DNA from: Candidatus Kuenenia stuttgartensis
Lineage (GTDB): Bacteria; Planctomycetota; Planctomycetia; Isosphaerales; Isosphaeraceae
Length of the DNA: 24,000 nt
Direction: 5' to 3'
Assembly (NCBI GenBank): GCA_945865635.1
Contig: CAMBEP010000032.1
Span: 16,021-40,020, forward strand
A program made the translations under genes and the position numbers. Shown one piece after another: positions 1 to 8,402 of the stretch. Numbering within the stretch: the stretch's first letter is position 1; each line of letters opens with the position of its first letter. Under the pieces are notes generated by a model, which was not told the DNA's origin, made no database searches, and saw only the letters and a list, made by a program, of their open reading frames with translations.

Positions 1-227
1 TGCTCAACGGTACGTGGCATTCGGGTTTTGCATGATTTGGTCATTTTTGCAAAATAGTGGAAGGATTTTGTGAAGTGTGTTTGTGCTTCATTGGGGAATG
101 GTTGGGGTGGTCAGGACATCGATGGCAGATTGCCATGCGGACCAAGAAATTCTAGTGAATTCCAAACTTTCAAGATCTTTCTGGGAGGGGTCGTTTGGTC
201 GTTGCAGGCATGGATTTTGGTAGTTAA

Positions 228-1925
228 ATGGATGAGCCGGGCATGACGAGTTCTGGGGTATGTCTGGATGATTGGCTTGACGCGACATCAAAGTTCGTGA
301 AAATGGTTTATATCGATGAAAGTGGCCCCGATGGGTCTTGGAAAATCAGGACGATTTCAAGACTTTCACAAGCATCGTTTGGTCACGGACAGTTCTCTTC
401 AGCGGATCCATTCATGAGCGACTTGACACAGAATGAAGCCGGCCCCAGGCCGATTCGATGCTCACAGTGCGGTGAGATGGTGACGTCGCTTGATTTGAGT
501 GCGAATAGTCCGCCTGCCAATTGCACGTTTATCAAGACGGAAGTGCCCTGCCCCATGGTTTCCAGTGGAGAGGAGCACCGACCACTTGAAAATCAATTGC
601 AAGTGCCAAAATCTACCGATGAAACCACATTGATCGTTGCGGATCAGACGGTGAGCTCAGAGGTGGGCGGGATGCTGGGGGATGGGTTTCCGGTTGTGGA
701 CGACCTGGTTAATAGTGAAATTGGGCAATACTGGGTTGAGGAGATTATCGGCAGAGGGTCGATGGGGCGGGTTTATCGAGCCACGCATATGTCGCTTGAG
801 CGGCCCTGTGCCTTGAAGATCATGAGCCCGGGGCTATTGCGCCGCAAACCCCTGATTCGCGATCGATTTTGGGCTGAGGCTCGTGCCGTGGCTGGCTTGG
901 TGCATCCGCATATTGTTACAGTGCATAACCTTGGCGGTGCCAAAGGGTATCACTACATTGAAATGGAATTTGTGCCGGGCGGGGTGAGTCTACGTGAGGC
1001 GGTGGTTCAAAATGGGGCCCTTGAGATTCCAAGCGCTACGGACTTGATCCAGCAAGTCTGTTTTGCGCTTGAGGCCGCACATCGGTCGGGCCTTGTACAC
1101 CGTGATGTGAAGCCTGCCAATATTTTGCTGAGTGGCGAAGGCATGGCCAAGCTCGCCGACTTCGGGCTGGTTTTGAATGTTAACGACCCATCCGAGACGA
1201 CATCGGCGGTTTCTGGCACACCGACTTTCATGGCCCCTGAACTGTTTCAGGGAATTGCCGCATCGCCTCAATCCGATATTTACGCACTGGGTGTGACCTA
1301 TTTCTATCTCTTGACTGCCCAGTTACCCTACAGTTCGGACAATGTCCGGCAATTGATTCGGATGCATCGCACTGCGGCGATTCCTAATGCGAAGGCGGTC
1401 AATCCGGATGTGCCGGAACCGATCCAGAAGATTCTCGAACGCTGCATGGCGAAAAATCCGGAGGATCGGTATTCCACGGCTGAGGAACTGGCCAGCGAGC
1501 TTGAGGACCTTCTTTTTGATTATCAGGACATTGAGTCGATTGTTCGCGATAGTCTTGAGGGCGTAAATGGTCTGGTTCAAGGCGGTTTCGACCTTTGGCG
1601 AGTCAACATGCTCTTGCCCAGAGAGCGGCTTCAGGAAGTCTATCTCGAAATTGAGCGAGGCCCGCTGGGCCAGACCAGTCTGACGGTATACTCGGTTTGC
1701 GGGCCGGCGGATCCGAACGACTATGAGTTTGTGCTGAGGCTGAACAATGATCTGCCTTATGTTGGCATATCGATTCGTGATGTGAATGGTCAGGCCATGT
1801 TCATCATGACCAGAACTTTTGACAGGGCCAGCTTGAGGTCGACAGAAATTCGAAGTACTGTCTATGAAATTGCGCGACGAAGTGACTGGGTCGAAGAACA
1901 GTTGACCAAAATGGATCTGTATTAA
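228..1925 (+). CDS. Hanks-type serine/threonine protein kinase with a ~160-aa N-terminal region and a ~130-aa C-terminal YbjN/T3SS-chaperone-like domain
   Basis: 565-aa ORF with ATG at 228. Kinase motifs read directly: GRGSMGRVY (G-loop), ALKIM (Lys), HRDVKPANILL (catalytic loop), DFG, GTPTFMAPE. The C-terminal tail (RLQEVYLEIERGP...SLTVYSVCGP...FVLRLNNDLPYVGISIRD...ARRSDWVEEQLTKMDLY) resembles the YbjN-family pattern from memory. The true start is uncertain; in-frame ATGs lie at 243, 303 and 414. Confidence 0.9.
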   Translation: MDEPGMTSSGVCLDDWLDATSKFVKMVYIDESGPDGSWKIRTISRLSQASFGHGQFSSADPFMSDLTQNEAGPRPIRCSQCGEMVTSLDLSANSPPANCTFIKTEVPCPMVSSGEEHRPLENQLQVPKSTDETTLIVADQTVSSEVGGMLGDGFPVVDDLVNSEIGQYWVEEIIGRGSMGRVYRATHMSLERPCALKIMSPGLLRRKPLIRDRFWAEARAVAGLVHPHIVTVHNLGGAKGYHYIEMEFVPGGVSLREAVVQNGALEIPSATDLIQQVCFALEAAHRSGLVHRDVKPANILLSGEGMAKLADFGLVLNVNDPSETTSAVSGTPTFMAPELFQGIAASPQSDIYALGVTYFYLLTAQLPYSSDNVRQLIRMHRTAAIPNAKAVNPDVPEPIQKILERCMAKNPEDRYSTAEELASELEDLLFDYQDIESIVRDSLEGVNGLVQGGFDLWRVNMLLPRERLQEVYLEIERGPLGQTSLTVYSVCGPADPNDYEFVLRLNNDLPYVGISIRDVNGQAMFIMTRTFDRASLRSTEIRSTVYEIARRSDWVEEQLTKMDLY

Positions 1926-1988
1926 GAGGGCTGGTGTCGAGCGAATCGACTTTCAGGCTTGTGCCTTTGCGATACGGAAATTCTCGAA

Positions 1989-2423
1989 ATGAACGACTTG
2001 CATGCTGCTGGTCTGATCATGGCCGCGATCGTTGCAGTCGCTGCGAGGATGCTTGGCCATTGGGAGAGGGTGCGATTGAGGTGGCCCCGTGAAGGGCCAC
2101 TCGATCGGCTATCGGACAGGCTTCGCCGAATGGGCCTTGCGATCATGTGGCTCGAAGGCTTGCTCATGGCGATTGGCTCGCAGATGCCCACCACACTAAA
2201 GGCAGATCGACTGCTTTTCGTCTCGATTTGGGCCTTGGTCGGAATTGTGGCGATTGTATTGGTGATGATCTCCATTTGTGATTCGGTGGTGCGACTGATG
2301 GCTCACCGGGTCCGATCTGCCGCAATCGCCCAGGTCTGGAATCAATGGGCAGAGAAGGCGGATCCGGATCAAATGGATGATCCAGACACAGAAGAGGCGG
2401 ATGATCCCTTTGACCAAGATTGA
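1989..2423 (+). CDS. Hypothetical small membrane protein (about 3 hydrophobic helices, acidic C-terminal tail)
   Basis: The ORF-track frame 1959..2423 opens on TTG. The first ATG is at 1989 (MNDLHAAGLIMAAIVAVAA...). It has three hydrophobic stretches and the tail DPDQMDDPDTEEADDPFDQD. It starts 63 nt after the kinase stop and ends 9 nt before the next gene. No family recognised. Confidence 0.5.
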   Translation: MNDLHAAGLIMAAIVAVAARMLGHWERVRLRWPREGPLDRLSDRLRRMGLAIMWLEGLLMAIGSQMPTTLKADRLLFVSIWALVGIVAIVLVMISICDSVVRLMAHRVRSAAIAQVWNQWAEKADPDQMDDPDTEEADDPFDQD

Positions 2424-2432
2424 ACAAAAATC

Positions 2433-3371
2433 ATGAGTACCACCAACTCACGTTTCCAGCCGGCCTCTCGACCGATCAGGTGCTCAATCCGGCGCGGTGT
2501 CGCATTACCGGAAGTCGTTCTAGTGGTGGTAATTATAAGTCTGGGTTTCCTGCTTTTGCTATTCCGGATGCCGCGTGGTCGCGAACAATCAAGGGCCCTG
2601 ATCTGTTTGTCGAATCTTGGTCAGATTGGTCAGGCGATTTCTTATTACTCGCAGGCCACGGGCCAGTACCCCACCAGCCCAGGCTGGGGGCCGGGGGCGG
2701 CTGGGGCTGGAACAAGTGTGCTTTGGAACTCGCGTGATACGTTACAGGTGAAAGACTTTTCCAGTATTGCGAGCCAGTTGAAGGCTAAGAAGGCAGGTGA
2801 TGGGAAGGGTTTGCCATCGGTTGTTGTGGGTCTGAGATGTCCGTCGGACAGGGTGATGGAGCCACTCACAGCCACAAATTATCGTGCCAATGCAGGCGAC
2901 GATTCCACTGGAAGGAGCGGTCCGTTTGGAATTGGCCAGGTGGTCTCGCCGAAACAGGTCGAGGCAGGCGATGGACAGGCATTCACGGCTGCATTTGGCG
3001 AGCGCTTGATCGGGAATGGAAAACCGGAATCGTCGATGGCGAACTATCAGTTGACCGAGGACTGTGCATCTGCCATTGCAGCGAGTGTTGCGACCGACAA
3101 TGAGTCGCTCTGGAAAGGCAATGCCGGGCATGACTGGTCGCGCGGCGATTGGTCTCAATCGCTTTACCAGCATGGGATAACGCCGAACTGGCGGAGGTCT
3201 GCTGTGGCAATGGAAGGCAATTGCGGGCAGATGGGGTTGTCGAGCGATCACCCCGGCGTAGTGAATTTGCTGATGCTGGATGGGTCCGCCAAAGCTTGGA
3301 GAGATTCGGTCAACCCGAAAATCTGGAGCAAGCTGGGGCGGTTCGACGACGGCCAAACCGGCTCAAATTAA
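2433..3371 (+). CDS. DUF1559-type protein with a prepilin-like N-terminal cleavage/methylation helix and a C-terminal H-X9-DG motif
   Basis: The N-terminus RRGVALPEVVLVVVIISLGFLLLLF has the G-xxxx-E plus hydrophobic helix of type IV pilin-like leaders. The C-terminus HPGVVNLLMLDGS matches H-X9-DG exactly. This family is massively expanded in Planctomycetota. Confidence 0.85.
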   Translation: MSTTNSRFQPASRPIRCSIRRGVALPEVVLVVVIISLGFLLLLFRMPRGREQSRALICLSNLGQIGQAISYYSQATGQYPTSPGWGPGAAGAGTSVLWNSRDTLQVKDFSSIASQLKAKKAGDGKGLPSVVVGLRCPSDRVMEPLTATNYRANAGDDSTGRSGPFGIGQVVSPKQVEAGDGQAFTAAFGERLIGNGKPESSMANYQLTEDCASAIAASVATDNESLWKGNAGHDWSRGDWSQSLYQHGITPNWRRSAVAMEGNCGQMGLSSDHPGVVNLLMLDGSAKAWRDSVNPKIWSKLGRFDDGQTGSN

Positions 3372-3387
3372 ACAGATGGAGCAGCGG

Positions 3388-4455
3388 TTATTCTGAGGGT
3401 GGGCCATCACGCATTTCGGTAAGCCGTTTACGCAAGAAGCTGGCTCGAAGGACATTGCGTTCGTCAACGGCCAGGGTCTGACCGTGAATCTTTTGCAGGT
3501 GAGCGGGTTGGGTGTTGATAAATAATTCGTTGACCTGAGCGATCTCAAGATCGTCGATAAGGCCCAGATTGATTCCCATTCGCACGCTTGAGAGCAGGAG
3601 CATGGTCTCTTCGCTTGAGATGGTATGGGCTGTTTTCAAAACACCATAGGCCCGGCTGACTTGGTCGTGGAGCACTTGGCGACGCTCGGTCAAAAGGGTC
3701 TGGCGAGCTTTTCGCTCATATTCGATGAGCTGGGGGATGACGTCGGAGAGGCTTTTGATCAATTCTGGCTCACTTTTGCCCAGCGTCTGTTGATTTGAGA
3801 TCTGATAGAAATCGCCATAAGGCTGGGTGCCTTCACCGTGCAGGCCGCGCACGGAGAGGTTGATTTTTTGAAGGGCACGGAAGAATTTGTCGAGATGATT
3901 CGTCTGCCCAAGGGCGGGGAGGTGAAGCATGACACCGACCCGGATCCCGGTGCCGACATTGGTCGGACAGGCGGAGAGGTAGCCAAGTTCCTGGCTGAAA
4001 GCGATATCGAGGTGTTCTTCCAATCGGTTGTCGAGATCGTCGATCTGTTCCCAGGCTTGTAGAAGGGCGAATCCGGATCGCATGACCTGGACACGCAGAT
4101 GGTCTTCCTCGTTGACCATGATCGAGGCACTTTCGTCGTCGTTAAGTGCCACTCCGCGTGGGCCTTCGCCTTCTTTGAGCTCGCGCGAGATCAGGTGTCG
4201 TTCGACGAGGAACTGGCGGTCCAGTTCGCTCATGCGTTCGACGTCAAAGTAGTTCAGTTTGGAGTTGGATTCGCTGATTGACTCACGAATCTGGGTCACT
4301 ATCTCGCTTTTCTCGGACCGGCTGGCTTTCGAGATGAACGGGAAATCGGCCAGATTTCGCGCCAGCCTGATGCGTGAACAGATTACGATATCGCTTTCAG
4401 GACCATTTCCCTTGAGCCATTCGCCTGGAGAACGGGGCAGTTCGTCAAGTGTCAT
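3388..4455 (-). CDS. mcsB: Protein arginine kinase (ATP:guanido phosphotransferase), McsB
   Basis: 355 aa with ATG at 4455. Motifs seen: RIRLARNLADFPF, VNEEDHLRVQ and ACPTNVGTGIRVGVMLHLPAL (guanidino-kinase active-site Cys loop). The start overlaps the upstream McsA-like stop by 11 nt. Confidence 0.9.
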   Translation of the reverse strand: MTLDELPRSPGEWLKGNGPESDIVICSRIRLARNLADFPFISKASRSEKSEIVTQIRESISESNSKLNYFDVERMSELDRQFLVERHLISRELKEGEGPRGVALNDDESASIMVNEEDHLRVQVMRSGFALLQAWEQIDDLDNRLEEHLDIAFSQELGYLSACPTNVGTGIRVGVMLHLPALGQTNHLDKFFRALQKINLSVRGLHGEGTQPYGDFYQISNQQTLGKSEPELIKSLSDVIPQLIEYERKARQTLLTERRQVLHDQVSRAYGVLKTAHTISSEETMLLLSSVRMGINLGLIDDLEIAQVNELFINTQPAHLQKIHGQTLAVDERNVLRASFLRKRLTEMRDGPPSE

Positions 4456-4810
4456 CGCGTTGCTTCCGTTGATTCTTCCGTTCCTGCAGGCGGTCTCGCA
4501 GTTGGGCCGCCAATTCGTAATTCTGACTCACAATGGCTTGTCTGAGCTCGGCTTGCCAGCGCAGGGTTTCAAAGCGGCTTGGCCCTCGTTTCGGCCATTT
4601 TCCGACATGCAGCAGTGCGCTTTGATTGGTCTCGAAAAAGTGGGTGAGGGTTTCGCCAAAAACTTCGTAATCGAGCGGGCAACCGAGCCGTCCACCAGTC
4701 CGAAACTGCATCAAATCCTGGCCACACACGGTACATTTTGGATTCAAGGCGGCCGAGGTACTGCTTGTACCACTGTTGCCTGAGTCGGATTGAAAAGAAG
4801 CCATCCGCAT
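4445..4810 (-). CDS. Short McsA-like protein (single GRLGCPxDY Cys motif plus UVR domain)
   Basis: 121 aa. Motifs: CTVCGQDLMQFRTGGRLGCPLDYEVF...HVGKWPKRGP...LRQAIVSQNYELAAQLRDRLQE (UvrB/UvrC-type UVR motif). It is a paralogue of the C-terminal two-thirds of the next gene and overlaps mcsB, which suggests translational coupling. Confidence 0.75.
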   Translation of the reverse strand: MRMASFQSDSGNSGTSSTSAALNPKCTVCGQDLMQFRTGGRLGCPLDYEVFGETLTHFFETNQSALLHVGKWPKRGPSRFETLRWQAELRQAIVSQNYELAAQLRDRLQERKNQRKQRDDT

Positions 4811-4909
4811 CCTGCCTGAGTTTGGAGCCAGTTTTGGATCATGTGGGAACCGCTAACAGGATACCAGTAATGACGCACTGAGGGCGAATAAACTTGGCAG
4901 TTTTCGGAT

Positions 4910-5434
4910 TCAACTGACAGATTTGCGGGATTCCAGCTCTTTGATCTGGTCTCTTACACGCGCCGCAAGTTCATAATCTTCAGCAGCGATTGATTTTTTG
5001 AGGTCGTTGCGGAGTTGTATCAACGAAGTCTGGGTCTGCGTGTCGCGTGGCGCCCTGTGCGGCGTTTTGCCACAATGGCGGGTCTCGTCGTGAATGTTTT
5101 CCAGCAACGGCATCAATTCTTCGCGAAAAATCACATAGTCGTTCGGGCAGCCGAGCCGGCCGGTGTTTCGGAACTCCTGAAACGTCATTTTGCAGAGTGG
5201 GCAAATACGCTTTTCAGTCGCAGATTCGCTAGCTACAGCCGATTTGCCAGACTGACTGATAAACGCTTTGGCAAGCTCGCTGACATCCTTCTTGGGCTTG
5301 TCGTCGATCTCATTCGATTCCTCAAGGAAGGTCTGTGCATGGTCATGACAAAGGTGGTGTTCCTGCCAATCCCCATTCTTGTCGATGTCGGTGATGTGAT
5401 GGGTCACCGGTTTGGAGCAGCGTTCACACTTCAT
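4910..5434 (-). CDS. mcsA: McsA-type activator of protein arginine kinase (two zinc-finger-like Cys motifs plus UVR domain)
   Basis: Track ORF 4910..5509. I prefer the internal ATG at 5434 (MKCERCSKPVTHHITDI...HHLCHDHAQ), which places the first Cys motif at the N-terminus as in Bacillus McsA. The second motif is CPLCKMTFQEFRNTGRLGCPNDY...HCGKTPHRAP. The UVR segment is LKKSIAAEDYELAARVRDQIKELE. Confidence 0.8.
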   Translation of the reverse strand: MKCERCSKPVTHHITDIDKNGDWQEHHLCHDHAQTFLEESNEIDDKPKKDVSELAKAFISQSGKSAVASESATEKRICPLCKMTFQEFRNTGRLGCPNDYVIFREELMPLLENIHDETRHCGKTPHRAPRDTQTQTSLIQLRNDLKKSIAAEDYELAARVRDQIKELESRKSVS

Positions 5435-5611
5435 GCTTATCTCTCGGGATATTTTCACCGCTAAGGCGATTCGGATCTTCTCATTATAAGGCCAAATCTC
5501 GACAGTCAACCAGCCGAAATCAGGCGAAGCCGAAATAATCGTTCAAAAACGATCGGCAACGCAGTCTCGGGCAATGCTTAATCATCGGGATTCAAAGGCT
5601 TGAACATCATC

Positions 5612-5641
5612 AAAAAAGAGCGGCCAGGTTTGGCTCGCTCT
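5612..5641 (-). terminator. Rho-independent terminator-like hairpin downstream of the PEP-CTERM gene (flanked by A6 and T5, so potentially bidirectional)
   Basis: agagcggcc-aggttt-ggctcgctct forms a 9-bp stem with one bulge. On the minus strand it is followed by TTTTTT (complement of 5612-5617). It lies ~65 nt after the stop at 5708. Confidence 0.55.
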
Positions 5642-5707
5642 TTTTCGCGATACGCAAGTGGATCGAAAGTCGCAAAAAACCACAACGACTTCCGATCGCG
5701 ATAAACC

Positions 5708-6952
5708 TTATTCCGCTCGTCTCTTGCGGGATCGGCTACGGGCAAAAGCCGCCAGAGCGATCCCCAGACCCAATGAAATCACGGATGCTGGTTCTGGCAC
5801 ATTGGTGGTCAAAATGTATCCGACCTGATTTCCTAAGGAATCCAGCGCCGAACCTGTGATGTATTGACCACTGGTTGAGATGCCATAGGCTGTGATCAGT
5901 TTGAAGCCAGGAGCAAACGTGATCCCCCATGCAGTTGTGGCATAGTCAGACAAAAGCAGTGCGCCACTGCCCGGAACCCAGATGCTCGCACTCATATTGC
6001 TATAATCTGGGGCGGCCGTGGTTCCGTTCCATGAGGTACCCACTATCAGAGGCTGATTCCCAAAAACCGCAATGTTGTCACTAACACTACGTGCACTGGC
6101 CTGGCTGAAGCCCAACGGCAGGCTGATGTCAATCAGAGTGTCACTGATCGTGCGATCGACCAAAAAAGCATGGCTAACAACATCGGATAGATTCTTTGTA
6201 CTGGATTCACCTACCAGGAAAGTGCCGTTGGTATTGATATCAAGCACCTTGCCATAGGGATTGGTTATGGTTGAGTCCAATACACCGTTGCCGAGCTGCT
6301 GTGTGCTATTGGCAACACCGACATTGGCAATCACTGCAACGCGTGGATTGCTGGTCGCCTGACCTGAATATCCAGACGTGCCGCCCACCAGCCCCGTATC
6401 AGAAACCGCCCCTGCCCATCCAAAATTTGCTGGAGGCGACTGCCAGGATGGACCTGTGACCTGACCCAGGAGCGTGGTGTTGGTTCCGTTTGAATTCCAG
6501 GAGACCATCTGGTTCGAGCCATAACCAACGACCGAAAGACCATTCGGGCTGATCGCCGAACCAATGGCGAAGCCTAGAACTGTATTCAGGTGCGTATAAC
6601 TCTGGGTGCCCGTGTCCCAGGCCATGGCTCCAGAAGTGGAACCATTGCTGAAATAGCCTGAGGCTTTCGTGCCATCTGAGCTAATGCTCAAGGCCCTGCC
6701 CTGAACGCCCAAAGCATAGGTAGTGGCACCGGTTGTGTAGGTAAAGGCCTGTTCATTCTGGCCCAGGTTGGTGGTTCCGACTGCTACCCCATTGTTGGAA
6801 ACACCAAATCCGATAGAACCTGCATAGGCTCCAGCGGTCGGGTTTGAAACCCCTGTCGAGAAATATTCCACTTGACCTGCTTCAGCCAGCCCAGCTGGAA
6901 GTGCCGTCAATAACCCACTGATCAAGATCGAAGCAAGGCGTCGAACCATCAT
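5708..6952 (-). CDS. Secreted HAF-type extracellular-repeat protein with a PEP-CTERM sorting signal
   Basis: 414 aa. The N-terminal signal peptide is MMVRRLASILISGLLTALPAGLAEA. Repeats of the form ISxxGxxVVG...(H)AF.. occur (QAFTYTTG, AMAWDTG, SHAFLVD). The C-terminus VPEPASVISLGLGIALAAFARSRSRKRR is a canonical PEP-CTERM (PEP, TM helix, Arg cluster). Confidence 0.85.
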   Translation of the reverse strand: MMVRRLASILISGLLTALPAGLAEAGQVEYFSTGVSNPTAGAYAGSIGFGVSNNGVAVGTTNLGQNEQAFTYTTGATTYALGVQGRALSISSDGTKASGYFSNGSTSGAMAWDTGTQSYTHLNTVLGFAIGSAISPNGLSVVGYGSNQMVSWNSNGTNTTLLGQVTGPSWQSPPANFGWAGAVSDTGLVGGTSGYSGQATSNPRVAVIANVGVANSTQQLGNGVLDSTITNPYGKVLDINTNGTFLVGESSTKNLSDVVSHAFLVDRTISDTLIDISLPLGFSQASARSVSDNIAVFGNQPLIVGTSWNGTTAAPDYSNMSASIWVPGSGALLLSDYATTAWGITFAPGFKLITAYGISTSGQYITGSALDSLGNQVGYILTTNVPEPASVISLGLGIALAAFARSRSRKRRAE

Positions 6953-7147
6953 GACAAAACCTCAACTATATTTGTGGACAAGGCTGCGAAAGATCAATCT
7001 CATCACGCAGTGACTTTCAAACCCGCATTACTAAAGATTCTAACCCCAAACATAACAGAAGACCACAACCGGAATCTCAATAGGGTGTAATTTGAACGGA
7101 ACGGATGGATTTGTTCAACAGCGTTGTAAAATGGAAACACCCAACCG

Positions 7148-8392
7148 CTACAGGCGTTCCAAGAGGCAGACTTCGACGTGGCCACCAAAACCAGCCACTA
7201 TTTTCAGGATATTGTCGATACGCTTCACGATCGGCACAGGACCAACAGGGCAACCAGGTGGATCAAACTCCAAAGTGCCATCATGGGCAAATGGCGGAAG
7301 TATCCCCTCTCTCAGTGATTCGCAACAAATGGCCAGCTCGACCGCACCAGCCGCTCCCAGACAATGCCCAATCTGGGTCTTGGATGCCAGCATAAACGCC
7401 GCCTGGGCCTGATTTGCGAGCGATCTCGAAACGGCCGCAGCTTCCAGAGGATCGTAGACTCTGGTTGCCGTGGCATGCAGGTGGACCGCTTCGATTTGCA
7501 CAGGATCAAGACACTGATGCACCACCTGACGGATCACCCGACTCAGTACATCCGACGAATCGTGTGGCCTGGTGGGATGATAAGCCTCGGCGCCTGCCGC
7601 CATGCGATCAATCTTCGCGATCGCCGTCCGGCCTGATCGAGTGACGTCTTCCGCTCGTTCCAGAACAAAAATTGCCCCACCTTCGCCGATCAGGAATCCG
7701 TTGCGGCGAGAGGACCATGGCCGAACCCAGGTTTCAGGCGACTCACCTGGAAAACTTGGTCCAGCCAACGACTTCATCCGCGTAAAAGCCGCATAAATCA
7801 AAGGTTCCAGTGAGGCGTCCGCCGCCCCTGCGAGAACAATATCGCAAGAGCCATGCTTCAAAAGCGCAGCAGCGTGCCTCAGAGCGGTCAGTCCGGTGGC
7901 GCAGGCTGTGATGGGCGCCAGAATTGGCCCTGTCGTGCAGTATCTTGAGGCGATGAATGAAGAGCCCGCCGACGGTGCGGCTACGGCCCATCCAAGCTTG
8001 CATGCAGCTACATCGCCTTGCATGGCCGAAGGATTCCCGGCCCAGCGGCTTTGCAGACGCACAGCTCCCTTGGAAAGCCCAACCACCACCGCGACGCGGG
8101 TCGGATCCCACTTGAGCGGATCCAGTGACGCGTCTGCCAAGGCTTCGTCGGCGGCCGATCCCAGAAGATTAAAAACCGGATCGGGCCAGTCTGGATCCAA
8201 ATCCTGGTCCAGAACTGTCACAGGATATCCGGCCCATGCCTGCTGGCCGTGCTGCTTGGAGTCCCAATGGCCCTGACCTACGGCATTCTCCCCAGCGCAG
8301 AGCCGCTGGAAAGTTGCCCTTCGACCCCAACCCAAGCTTGTGACCAGCCCTACGCCTGAAATCACGACGGATGAGAGGTTTGAATCCTGCAT
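7148..8392 (-). CDS. Beta-ketoacyl-ACP synthase, KAS I/II (FabB/FabF-like) family
   Basis: The track ORF extends to 8455 (GTG) and overlaps bioB. ATG 8392 (MQDSNLSSVVISGVGLVTSLG) gives a normal KAS N-terminus. The Cys-His-His triad is intact: ITACATGLTAL, HLHATATRVYD, SKTQIGHCLGAAGAVE. It starts 10 nt after the bioB stop. Confidence 0.9.
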   Translation of the reverse strand: MQDSNLSSVVISGVGLVTSLGWGRRATFQRLCAGENAVGQGHWDSKQHGQQAWAGYPVTVLDQDLDPDWPDPVFNLLGSAADEALADASLDPLKWDPTRVAVVVGLSKGAVRLQSRWAGNPSAMQGDVAACKLGWAVAAPSAGSSFIASRYCTTGPILAPITACATGLTALRHAAALLKHGSCDIVLAGAADASLEPLIYAAFTRMKSLAGPSFPGESPETWVRPWSSRRNGFLIGEGGAIFVLERAEDVTRSGRTAIAKIDRMAAGAEAYHPTRPHDSSDVLSRVIRQVVHQCLDPVQIEAVHLHATATRVYDPLEAAAVSRSLANQAQAAFMLASKTQIGHCLGAAGAVELAICCESLREGILPPFAHDGTLEFDPPGCPVGPVPIVKRIDNILKIVAGFGGHVEVCLLERL

Positions 8393-8402
8393 CAGGCCGC
8401 CA

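Noticed and set aside
2742-3356. Long antisense ORFs opposite well-supported genes (also 4259-4783, 5015-5464, 9843-10454, 10316-10768, 13254-13871, 21545-22054 and others)
   Set aside because: Each lies fully inside a gene with clear family motifs on the other strand. The translations are Arg/Pro/Ser-rich, as expected from antisense reading of GC-rich coding DNA.
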